Shown: positions 24,801-36,800 of the stretch, in pieces | Numbering within the stretch: position 1 is the stretch's first letter | Layout of the letters: each line of letters begins with the position of its first letter | From: Lama glama | Taxonomy: Eukaryota | Direction: 5' to 3' | Assembly: GCA_028534125.1 (NCBI GenBank) | Contig: CM052844.1 | Location: 434,001 to 498,000 of the forward strand | Length of the DNA: 64,000 nucleotides | Notes under the pieces: generated by a model | The model's input: only the letters and a program-made list of their open reading frames with translations | What the model was told of the DNA's origin: nothing | Database searches by the model: none | Translations under genes and position numbers: made by a program

Positions 24801-27800
24801 GCTCCTGGGCTCCCCGTGCTGGGGGCAGCAGTGAAGGCGGCCGGTGCCTCTGCAACGACTCATGCGGTTCCCGACGCGGGTGGACACGGACGGCCCAGCA
24901 GCCCGTGCAAGGTCAGTCCGTGCAGTGGGCAGGGCGGCCCAGGGTCTGGTTTGGGGTCGGACCTGCGCTCTGATGGCGGCTCCTGGGGGCCCGAGGGTTT
25001 GCCATCAAACCACCACCTCCTCCAGCAGCGCGTGCTCTGGTCCTGCGAAGCCTCGGCTGCCAGGTTACTGGTCCTGTCTCCACCGCAGGAAGAGATGCCC
25101 GCCTCGCACAAACCCAGTAAGGGCCATGCAGTAAGCTTTGGGTGAGAGGAGTGGGGCTGTGGACGTCGGGTACGAGGAGGAGCTGCTGTCTGCCCGGAGT
25201 GTTCAGACACCCGAGGGAAGCCTGCCTCTCGTGGCCCCTTCCATGCCCGGGGGAGGCTCCACGGGATGCGGCGATGATCACAGCCCCCTTGGCTGATTCC
25301 CATGACCTGAAAAAATGCCTGTTTTCTGGTCTGTTCCTTCCTTGGCTTCAGCCCCCAAACGTCTTAAATGACTGAAAAGTATTTATCTCGGTCTGCGGGG
25401 GCAAGGGTGGGCCTCCGAGCCAGCACCCCAAGGAGAGACCCCCGCGGGAGGCAGGGCCCGGGCCCGGGGCCGGGACCCTCCCCAGGCCCTGCTGCCTGAG
25501 CGAGGCCGGTCCCCACGTCTCCCCGAGGGGCACCTGCTGCCCACCGATAACTGACAGGAACGTAGGTCACTAACCTGAAGCTGTTCAGGAGCTGACAAGG
25601 CTGCCGCCAAGGGTCGCGTTTCAGCAACCTATCAATTATTCACACCAGCCGCGGTGTGACGGCCCAGAAGCCCGCGAGCAAGAGATTCTGGTCATTGGTA
25701 AACAGAGCTTAATTCTTTGACCCCTGGGTCAGAGATCACTAACACCCCTCAGGTCCCTCCATCCAGGCCTGCAGGGCGGCCGGAACCAGCACCTCCTGGA
25801 GGTTGACCCGCCCCGAGCTCACAGGGGCTCTGCTCTCGGGATGGGGACCGGGCATCAGGACGCCGGGCAGAGCGCAGGGCAGAGGGCAGCTCCGCCCCGG
25901 TGACGACAGGAGAAGGGGACACCCAGGAGAGCAAACGGAACACCGAGTGAACGACGCCCTTGGCCGCCTCGACCTGCAGTTCTGTCTCCTGAGGGGAGGC
26001 CGGGGCGCTGGGGCTGCTGCAGGGTCACAGCCTCTGGTTGGTGGTGGAAACGCCGGAAAGGCAAACCCCACATGGCCCGAGGACTCCCTCCGCTTCCCCC
26101 CTCAGACAGAGCCCGCGGAAACGCCCACAGGGCTGCTGGTGACTCCGGAGAGCCGAGGAAAGGGCCTGGGGACCCCATGAACACAGAAGTCCTTTCCTAA
26201 TCTAAAATTTTAGTCTGATTCTGCCTAGAAAGGTTTCAAATTTCGCTGTGTCTCCTAGACTCAGAGGAGGGGGCGCGTGGGGCTGCCCCCCATGACTCAG
26301 ATGCTCGAGAAGAGCACCGAGTCCTCCCTGGGGCACAGCTGGGGGCCGCGTCCTGCAGAAGACCGCGGCCTCTGACTTGGCGGCGGACTCTTGTGAAGGT
26401 CTGGATGTCCTCCCTGGTTCAGCCCACGCGAGCGCCGGGCCTGCTGGACGCTCCACGTGACCGCAGTTCTGAACCTGACAGCCTGGACGCCCCGGAACCA
26501 AAACCTGGCTTCCCTCTGACCAGCTGACCACAGAGCAGCTCGGGGAGGGGCTGCTTCCCTGCGTGGGGAGCTGAAGCTGCGGGAGGCGCGATCGTCTCTG
26601 GAAGGAGGAGCCGCAGGGTCAGAGGATGTGCGAAAATAACTCACAGCACAGAATAAAACTTTGTGGTTACCACGCTTTCACGGCAGCAGAGACACTTTTC
26701 TATTTTCATTTGTTTTATAATTATGTGCAAATTCTATTTTTATCCAATCTGTGGTCCACTAACTGAAAAAGAAAACAAACCCAAAAGCCCCCTTTCTAAC
26801 TGCTGACCTCACACTTGCCGCAGAGCGATCCGAAGACTCTCCCTTAGTGACCCCGCTCGCAGCGGAAGCCCTGACGGGCCGACACTCTCTGCTGCCATCC
26901 TTTCCCCTCGTGCGTTTCGTCAGGCTGGGGGCATCCGTGCTGTTCAAACCCAGAACCAGCCTCTGCGGTCTACCGTTGTTTGCTTTGAAATTATTTTCGA
27001 GGATTCATCCTCAAGATGTTTTAAATAGTTTCAAGCTTCACAGTACCTCCAAACGACTCAGTTCTCTCTGTGTTGTCTACACTGAGACAGACACCACGCT
27101 GTGCCCCAGACACTGGACGGGAGACACGGACACCCAGCGCCGTGGGCCCTGTGAGCAGGGGCTCGGTGCGCTCCTGGCCGAGGAGTGGGGGCAACCCGCT
27201 GCAGCTGCCCCGTGCGCCCCACGCTCACAGCCCCACACCGAGGACGGCCCTCAGTCAGGGCGGGGGTCCTCCGCGTCCCCAGGCAGAAGCGCAACTTGCG
27301 GTGCGAGCCCCTCCCTCTGGGACTAGCTCCCCTCATCGATGTAATCTACAGCCACCGGGGGCACTGGGCCACCACACCCCCGCGGCGTTATTTTCGTTCT
27401 CCTTATTCACTGGCCAGTTTCCTCGCCTTGGTAGTGCCTTTCCCACTCAGCCACAAGGCATTTCGTTCAGTGAAAGCCGCAGCAGGAAGGGCGGTAAACA
27501 CTGTGGTTGTGCAGCCCTGCTAAGTGCAGAAGTCACCCGGGAGGCGGCCGAGCGCAGGCCAAGCGGGCCGCGTCCACGCCAACGCGCCTCCCCCGCGCTC
27601 CCGCGTCCACCAGCTGCCACGGGTGCTAATTGGCGGGGAGGGCACAGCCTCTAATACTGCCCTCACGTCCCCGCAAACTCCACGTCCCTGACTGCTGCCT
27701 TGGCCCACGGCCATCGTCTCCGAGCCCCCCTTCCCTCGTAAGCTTTATTTTCATTTATCTAAATGGAATAAAATAAAAGCGCGGGGCCCCACTGCCTCCC

Positions 27801-30800
27801 TTCCAGCCGGCACCATTCTCTGAACAACAGGGCTGGGGATCCGGGCTTGTAGGGGGAGCAGAGACTGGGGAGGAACACTCTCTGTCAACAACTCCGTACG
27901 GCCTGCCGCTCTGGGGCAAGACAGTAAGCTCGTGTCCAGCAGGACTGTCACAAGTCACAGCAGAGGGCCCGACGGGAGGTGGGTGGGTTAAGTGCCACGT
28001 GTGACCAAACACAGACGCCACAGGACAGCCAGCCGGGAGTTCTCGTGATTTCCTGGGCTGGCACAGGTGACAGGTTCAGGACGGCGGAGGCTGCCTGGAC
28101 ACGAGGCATGACTGGCTGACTCTGAAGGCAGGCAAAACCACTGCCCCCCAGGGCAGCACCCTGAGTCACACTGATGGGGCCCACCCTCTCCCACATGCGG
28201 CAGGAGACTCCCAGCACAGGCAGGGCTGCGTGACCTCCCTGCCTCGAAGCACCCTCTCCCCTGACACCTCACGGCAGGTCCCACGCCAGCTCCAGTGCCC
28301 GGCTGATCCTACGTCGGTCACCCCTGCAACATCACGGGAAGTCCCCGGCCCCACCAGACCATGCTCGTCACCCAAGATGGTCGAGGCGTCGCCTGCTCCC
28401 CCAAAGCAGTCCCACGGATTCACAGCTGATCTGTAAGCTGCGGAAATGAGGGCCGTGAGCTCCCATCTACAATCGTGCGTGTTGAGGAGAAAACTAGGAC
28501 TTAACTGTGCGTAAAATATTTAGCTAAACTGTTTGGGTGACGACAGTTTTCTTTAAAAAGACAGAAAATGAAAAGCACTGTTGGCTGTTGGCACAAAGTG
28601 GCCTCCGGACTGAAGCAGTGCGGACTCGCCCCGGGGTCAGAGGCAGTGGTACCTGCACACTGGGGTGTCCTCCGGCCGACGCCTTCACAGCCCCCCGGCT
28701 CCCCTCCGTCTCATAATGGGCTCTGTGGTGAGACTTGGGCTGCACTTCAATCCTCAGCTCATAGGGTCCTGAGTGAGACGGCAGCTGCCAGTCGAGGGCC
28801 GGGAGAGTTGGGCTGAAAGGGGATGGAAGAGCATTAGACACCGCACCCGTCCCCTGCGCCCCATCCCCCGCACCCCATCCCCTGTGCCCTGTCCACTGCA
28901 ACCCCATCCCCCACATCCCGTCCCCTGTACCCCATCCCCTGTGCCCTGTCCCCTGCAACCCCATCCCCCACATCCCATCCCCTGTGCCCTGTCCCCTGCA
29001 ACCCCATCCCCCACGTCCCGTCCCCTGTACCCCATCCCCTGTGCCCTGTCCCCTGCAACCCCATCCCCCACGTCCCGTCCCCTGTACCCCATCCTCTGTG
29101 CCCTGTCCCCTGCAACCCCATCCCCAATGTCCCGTCCCCTGCACCCCATCCTCTGTGCCCTGTCCCCCACTCCCTGTCCCCTGTGCCCTGTCCCCCATGT
29201 CCCATCCCCTGCACCCCATCCCCTGGGCCCTGTCCCCCACGTCCCGTCCCCTGCACCCCATCCCCCACGTCCCGTCCCCCGTGCCCCACCCTGTGACCCC
29301 GGGGCCACGGGCAGTTCACCTTGCACCGCTGGCGTCTAAACCCTCATCAGGCAGGACTGCACCCTGACACAGCCCTCTAAACGTCTTTGACGGCTCATGT
29401 GCCCGGAGCCTTTCGGGTCTTCATGACGAGCCTCCTGAATAAGATGGAAACACTTCCACAATAGACCCGGAAGTGTTTTCCTGAATAAGGTGGAGACTCC
29501 TCCACACTAGACCTGGAAGTACTTTCTTTCCTTCACGATAGGCAGATAAATTATTTAACCTCCCCAGTAAGATTAAAGGTCTTTCAAAATCACAGTGGTA
29601 CCCACTCGGCCTAAGAACAGGAAGGCCTGGTTCTAATCATCGCTTCCCACCAGCTAGGGCCCAGCTGGGTGGCAGGACTTGACTGTTGGGGACGCGACGG
29701 GCTCCGTATCAGGACCTCGCCCCAGCCTCAGCCCCATGATTCGTGCGTGACAGGTGTCGAGCACCCACCAAGGGCAGGAAGGAGCTGCAGCCCCAGGCCA
29801 GCAAACGAGGGGGCGGCTGTGGGGCCCGAGGTGGGTCTGGGAGCTGGTCTGTTATTTTGGCGCTGGTGAGGGGAGCGGGAGGGAGGGGCACGTGTGCTAG
29901 GCCCGCCCGCAGAGCCCCCAGCTTCGTTTTCCCTCATGGACTGGCGGTGGGCACTGCTGGCCTCATTCTACACATGAGGAAACCAGGTCTCTGTGACTCC
30001 AAAGGCCGTGCAGAACATGCTCCAGGGTCCTGCCCGTTGAAAAGGCACAGGTCAGCCCCCAAAAGACACATTCTTGTGCAAGGCTCCCATGTTCGCACAG
30101 GAGCTGGGGTCCGGCCCGCCCACGCTGCCCTGCAACCAGAGCTCCTGCAGCGTCACAGGGCCGGGGGAAGGGGCCTGGGAGCCCTTGACCTCACCTGGAA
30201 AATCCAAGACTCTAACACGAGAAGAGGCTTCATCGGTGCTGCTGCAGCCAGAAACTTACAATCCTAACTGGAAATCGTGCAAATTCGATGGACACAGGCC
30301 TGAGAATCCAACAGTCAGAGCCAGTGGAGGCCGGGATGGCCAGGCCCCTCAGGGCACCTCGGTCTAGGCAGGGAGGAGGCCTGTGTGTCCCTCAGCCCGA
30401 GTCCACTCCACTGGGAGTGGACTAATCGCTGTCCGAGTGGGAGGCCTTCCAACCCGGGGAACCCCTCCTCACACTGGCCGATTCCGGGAGAACTTTCACT
30501 TGAAAATCCTCTAGTCAATGGCCAACCTAAACCCAGGTTCCCTCAGGGGACAGCTGAACTGGCCGCCGCCCTCCCAGCTCCTTCCCGTCTGCTGTTTCCA
30601 TTCGGAGTCCATGTCAGCACGGTGCTGAGACACAGCCCGCTGGTTCTCACTGAGAACCGCCTCGGAGAACTGGAGCGCGTGACCAGCGAGAGCCGGGCAG
30701 ACACGTGTGTGTGCTGAGCGTGCGTCTGCTCGGGCAAGAGAAACGCCAAGTCACGGGCAGAGCCAGGAGCCCCCCATCCCAAATGCCAGGTTGCTTCTGA

Positions 30801-33800
30801 GTGCATCCCACAGCCATCGGGGGGTGGGGGGGAGTCGTCCTCATCCAGGAAGCTCCAAGATGCGTTTATCGGTTTCCTGGGCCGTGGCCGATGGGGGCAG
30901 TTCTCAGGTGAAGCTGCAGGTTGTCGGCGTCACAGGGCCGGGGGAAGGGGCCCGTGAGCCAAGGGCTTCCGCACGAGGTCGGCCTGGCAGGGCTGGCTTG
31001 GGGTGGGGGCACAGGTCCCGGTGGATAAGAGTCTTACAGGGGCTGCTGCAGGCCCTCCGACCGTCTGCCCACTTCAGAGCACCGTCCCCGGAGGGGTACC
31101 CGTCTCCAGTCAGAAAGTCCAGCTCACTATATTCATTCTGTGCTGTCTTATACATTCTGTTGATCTAAGTAAAAAGCCTGTATCTAAAATCTAATGGTTC
31201 ATGAAGAATGGGGCGTGGGGCGTGTAAGCCTCATGTGAAGGACCAACTCAGGAAACAAGGCCAGGAACAACATGTGCTGGGGTGGGAGCGCAGAGTCTGG
31301 GGGAGGCCTGAAGACCTGCCTGAGGCCACACTCTGTCTGCAAAGCCTAGAACAGGCTCCCTCCCCAGGGCAGCAGGTCAAGATCCAAGGACTAAGACCCA
31401 GGGCCGTCCTCTGGGGGTCTGCGCCACAGGGCCTGCACCCTGCAGGAGCCCTCAGCCGGCTCCAGACGAGAGCCTGGGGCCAACGGAAAATCACATCTTT
31501 TCCTCGAATCCTCACGAGGTTCTCCTGCCAGTGAAATGGGGGTGACGGAATACCACAGTAAAAGGGGGCCCTCGACCCGCCTTCCACCCCAATTCCCTCC
31601 CCGCGGGGCCGCGCGCTCATGTGTGCACACACGTCAGGGGCCAGGCGCCGACAGTGCCCATCACGGATGTGCCAGCTTTGGGGACGCTGGCTGAAGGGGA
31701 CACAGATCTCTGAGCAACTTGCTGTGACTCTGGAATTCTTTCAAATAAGAGGTTTTTAAAACCGTTTGCATGCTTGGTAATAAGGATCCAAACTGCGTTC
31801 CCGCTGCTCCCATCCAAAGACGAGGAGGCCTCTGAGCCCGAATCCCCGCCCGGCGGAGCAGCGGGAGCAGGCAGGGCCAAGTGCCCGCGGCCCACCCCGG
31901 GCCAAGGCTGAAGGGTGACGCCGGCCCCACGGTCCCCCACCGGGCCCCCGGGAGCGCTCGCCTTGTGTGAGGACCAGGAAGCGAGACAGGCCTCCTGGGC
32001 ACAAGCGTGGGCGAGGCCTCCGTGGGGAGAACTCCCGGTTTGAATCACCCCGTCCCCAGAGCTGCTCCCCCTCCATTTCCCACGAGAAAGCCTCTGTTTC
32101 TTACTGAATCTGTTTCCTTCATGCAAGAAAAGGGTAAAGGACTTTTTCAAGCTGAGCTCACAGCCCGGAGACCACCCACGCACTGGGCTCCCAAACCAGA
32201 GACGGCTCAGCTGCTCGGGTCTCCAGGCCCGTCCACGCCCTTCCACCCTGCTGCCCAGCAGCCCCACGCTGACCCCCGGGAGCCCTTCCTCTCCACCGGC
32301 TGCGGCGGACGCCTGCTCAGTGCTGCCCCTGGCCTCTGTGCGTCCAGCCTGGCCTTTCCCGTGTGCGCAGGGATTCATAAACGGCCCTCCTCACTGCAGC
32401 GGAAGCTGTGCAGAAGCAGCACCGGAGAGGGTAGGGTGTTCGCCAGACTGCAGCTCTGACCTCTGCAGCACGAAACCCCTACGCCCTTCCCGATTCCAAC
32501 CAATGCCGACCCCAGTCCGGCACCAGGAACACCAGCCTGCGTGACAGTCTCCAGCTGTGCAGCCCGAGCGCCCCAGCTCAGGGCACCGCCGACCGCGGAG
32601 ACTGGAGACCGTTCACGCCGACTCAGAACCAAGGTCCTGGCAGCGAGCTTCAATTAACAGCAGGGCTCAGGGCCCCGGGAGAGCCTCGTCTCAGTCCCTA
32701 CCACCCTCCGTGAGTCCCGATGGCCAGTGAACGGGGCAGGCCTCAGGCCAGGCAATCCAGGCCTCTCCACTTGGAGCTGAAAATCTCGTTTAAACCATTT
32801 CGCCAACCACCACACACCAGAGACGCCACCAGGTGCGGTGGAAGGACGTGCGCCCATCACTTGCCTAAACATGGAGCCAGATCCCAGCAAGGCCCGGGGT
32901 CTCCACCAGCCTGAGGAAAAGCAGGGAACTCCTGGGACAGAGGCGTGCCCCATGGGACACGGGGAACCGCCGAGCCCCCTACAGCTGTGTGCGCAGGAGG
33001 CAGACACCGTGCACCGGAATGACCGAGAGGAACGGGGCCGGAACTCGACAACTGCCAAGAAAATAACACAGCATCGGGGATCCGAACACTCACTTGTTCG
33101 GTTAAGGGGTCATTTCAAGGCACTTGTTAGCTTCCTAGCGTGGCCTCTACTGGCGTCACAACTAGTTTCTTAAACGAGTGCCTATCTTTGGAAGACGCAC
33201 ACAGTGTCGATGGATAAGATTGAGGGAGGTCTGAGATTCTGCTGCAAAGTAACCGGCTGTGGGTCGGGGTGAGGCCAGCTGACCCCGAGTTCATCGGCCA
33301 GGTTAAGGGTGAGCATGGGGACTCGTGACTCGTCTCGGACTCTGTACAAGTTTGGTTTTCTGTAACACGAGTGAAAGCCCAAAAGCCATGTTCACGAGCA
33401 GCCCCAGGGACGCGTGCCACGGCCGTCCCCGTGACGCTCCGGTCAGGGAGCTGCCGGGGAGCCAGTTTTCTTTTTGCTTACCTACATTGAAAAACGGTGA
33501 AGGATATTAGCTGTAAACCCCCAAAATAACCCATTTTCCCACCTTCCGCCCTTGCCCTGGGAGCTCAGCGACTGTTCTGCACCGGAGGCAGTGACTTCGG
33601 CAAAGTGGCTTCTTCACCCAGCCTGAGGCCCCTCCGCCAGCCTCCTTCCTCAGAAAGGCCGTGTTCACCCCACGCTGAGAACCAACATGCACCCCAGCCC
33701 CACCGCCCAGGCGGCCGCGCACGGGGCCTCCACCAGCCCCCCCCCCCCGGCTGAAGCCCTCATCACGTGGACAGGCGCTGGGGGGGCAGCACCTCTGTTC

Positions 33801-36800
33801 AGACGGTCTGGGTAGAACCCTTTCACTTCTGCGCCTCCTGAGAGCTGGGCCCATGTGGACTCACCACTTAGGAAAAAGCTGGTCGGTGCCCTTCTGGGAC
33901 TCTCAAGCCTCTACCGCAACTGAAGCTACAGACTGCACTTGGCAGGCCTCGAATCCGCCCAAGGAGAGACACCAGAGCTTCAGGGGAAGGACGTTACCCA
34001 CGTTTGAAAGGAACACGTTCTCCCAGAGTCGGAGCCAGGGCCTCCTGTTACTTGCTTTGTTTTGTTTTTTCCCTCTGATTTTAAAAAAGGCCGTCAGCTC
34101 AGTTCTGGGCTGTTATGCAGGGTCTCTGGACCCCCAGATGCCCGTGGAGCAGGGGCTGCGCCCAGGACCACCCAGCTCGCCCAGCGGCCGCCCACGCTCC
34201 AGCCATGGCCCCTGACACCGCCGGCCAAGCCCTGGGGGAGACGGTTCCTCCCACTCAAGGGGGCCGGCCCTTCTGCAGGGCGGCCAGGGGCCGTGGGGAG
34301 AGGCCAGGTGGGTGCGCCGGGCAAAGCCGGGTTTCTCGGCTGATAATCCCATGGGGTTTGAAGGGCCTGTGGGTTCCTGCCACCCACTCTGCTGTCAGTT
34401 GTGCCACCGCGGGTACCCCTCCAGGTGTCATGTGCTGGGGGCCCCTCCCACCCTCCAGGGAACACCTCTCAGGGAGGGGCTGGCTGCTGTCCAGGATGGG
34501 CCTTTAGAAAACTCCTTCAGAGCCAGCCTTTCACTCCTGGTGAGTCTGGACGGCACGGGTGGGGCTGAGGGGAGAGGCCGCAGGCAGGACTTCGTGCCTG
34601 GAGAGGCTGGGAGTCTCAGGCTGTCACACCCGACTGCGCTGTCACTCAGGATGGTGCTGACAGGGCCCAGGGGCAGGAGCTGCGTGCGCGAGGCGCCAAC
34701 GCACCCAGGGGCTGGGAGGTGCTTTACGGAGACATTGGGTTGGGTAAACAGCGGGACGAGGGACGTCTGGGCAGCACAAGAGAAGGAGGCCAGCGAGGCG
34801 AGAGGAGGGACCACCGCCCGCCCTCGGGGTGCCGTGCGGACGGAGCACCCGCCCGTCCGCCGCTGACAGCATGGGGCTCAGGACCCTCCAGGGGCCCCGT
34901 CGGGGCCTGACTGGTCCCTGGGGGTTGGGGCCCAGATGGGGTCAAGCGCTGGGGCGTGCTCAGCAGGGGAGGGCGGTCTGGGAGCCCACCTGCTCAGGCT
35001 CCCCACTTGTGGGAGTCCTGCCAGGCCTGCATCTGGTCAGGAATTCCACTCAGACTCGATCACAAACCTGAGACTTTCAGAATAAGCCCGGCAAGGCCAC
35101 CATTGAGGGATTCTTTTTCTTATAATGGCGACTCAGGAATTTCCAAAGAATTCATTGCTTTCAGTGGCTCCACCAGCAGAGCGTGGAGAGCTCCAAGGAG
35201 GCAGAGACTTCCTTCCAGCTCCCTGGAAAATCCCCGTCATCCTTGCTCTGCACCCCCTCCATAAAAAACCACTCCACTTCCACGTAAGCTGCTCAGGCCG
35301 CGCCGTCCCAGACTGGCTTCCCGACGGCTCCCGCCGCCCCGCACCTGGGATGGGGGAGCCGGGCAGCACCCGGGCAGACGGGGCCCGGCCCCTCTCCCCG
35401 GAGTGGATGGCTTTCTGGGGGTCTCCTCCACGAGGGCAGAACCCCGGCGCTCCCCTCACACAGCGGTGCGGGCCGCCCGGGAGGACAGGCCCGCTCCTAA
35501 GACCTCCCTGACCACACACACGGCGAAGGCGTGTCTGAGGGCCCCAGGCGTCCCCGTGATTCAGCGGGGCCCAGCTCATGGGACGGCACGAGCGCCTGTC
35601 CGGGGGTCCAGCTGAGACGGACAGGCAGCTGCTTTGGGGGAGCTTCTCTCCCCGACCCAAGGTCGGGGACCTGCACTCGCAGCCGGTTCCTCCGCCCCAG
35701 GGCCCAGGACTGTCTGGACGAGGGAGGACACTGCTGTCCCCTCGTGCTTATCTCTGGGAGTAGGACAAAGAGCGCTGGGAAGGGCCCCTGCCTGTCACAC
35801 ACACCCAGGGGACAGAGGGAGGGAGGGAGGGATGGATGGATGATGGGTTAATGGGCGGGCGGAAGGACAAACAGATGGATGATGGATGGACGATGAGTGG
35901 GTGGGTGGATGGGTGGAAGGACAAACGGATGGATGGATGGATGCATGATGGGTGGATGATGGGTGGGTGGGTGAATGAGTGGGAGGATGGACGGATGGAC
36001 GGAAGAAGGAGGCAAGGCAGGAAGGGAGAAAGAACAGATGGATGAAGGATCGGCCCCTGGGTGAGGAACCCCATGGGAAAACTCTGCTGCTCCTCTGACC
36101 TTCACACTACAGGGGGCAGATTCCAGCATGTTTGTGACAGTGACTTCAGGCCCAAATGCTGTCTCGGGTGCCACTGAAGCCTGCTGCCAGTCAGTCGTGG
36201 CAGAGATGAAGGCTCAGGGCGAGAACACTCCGGCTGCCATGGATGGCTCACAGACGAAGAGACTCAGAATCGCCGAGTAACGCAGGATGGGGCACAAGTT
36301 AGCCCCGAAGGCGACATTCCGATGTACTTTCCACCACAGAAACACCAGGAGAGTCGGCGGGCGACCCCCAGAGCTCACCCCTCCTCTGCTTAGTTTTAAC
36401 ATGGGGCCCACAGAAAAGCCCAGAGAGTCTTTGAATAGTAGCCATTCGGTTTCCAAATTCGAAGTTTAAAACAGACTTCAGTGGCTCAGGACATAATACA
36501 TACAGTTGCTCTCAAGTCAGCCACAGGAAGATGTCTGAGCCAGCACGTGGCTCCCGAGGACCAGGGCAACGCAGGAGCTAGGGAGGGTCTCGCTGCAACA
36601 GCTCAGATCCTGACGCCCGCTGTTCGCAGCAGAGCCCATCCTCGGGCCCGAGGAGATCCTGTGCCCGACAGGCGCAGCCGGCTGGGTGCTGCCCCCTCGT
36701 CGCTGTGGTCTCTGGCCACCGCCAGCGAGTGACCACCGTACCCCCTCACCACACACGCGTCTCCGCTGCCTCACCCCCTCCTCGTAACCCCTGGCTCAAG

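Noticed and set aside
28524-29367. Repetitive ORFs ([12 protein letters not shown]..., [11 protein letters not shown]...) resembling structural proteins
   Set aside because: Translations of the 57-bp minisatellite (a multiple of 3); only 28653-28812 is real exon.
29433-29526. CRISPR-like repeat-spacer reading of the duplication, and of the minisatellites
   Set aside because: Only two adjacent copies, no unique spacers, mammalian context, no cas genes.
35748-36174. His/Pro/Ser-rich and Met/Asp/Gly/Trp-rich ORFs
   Set aside because: Translations of the (GGAT)n microsatellite.
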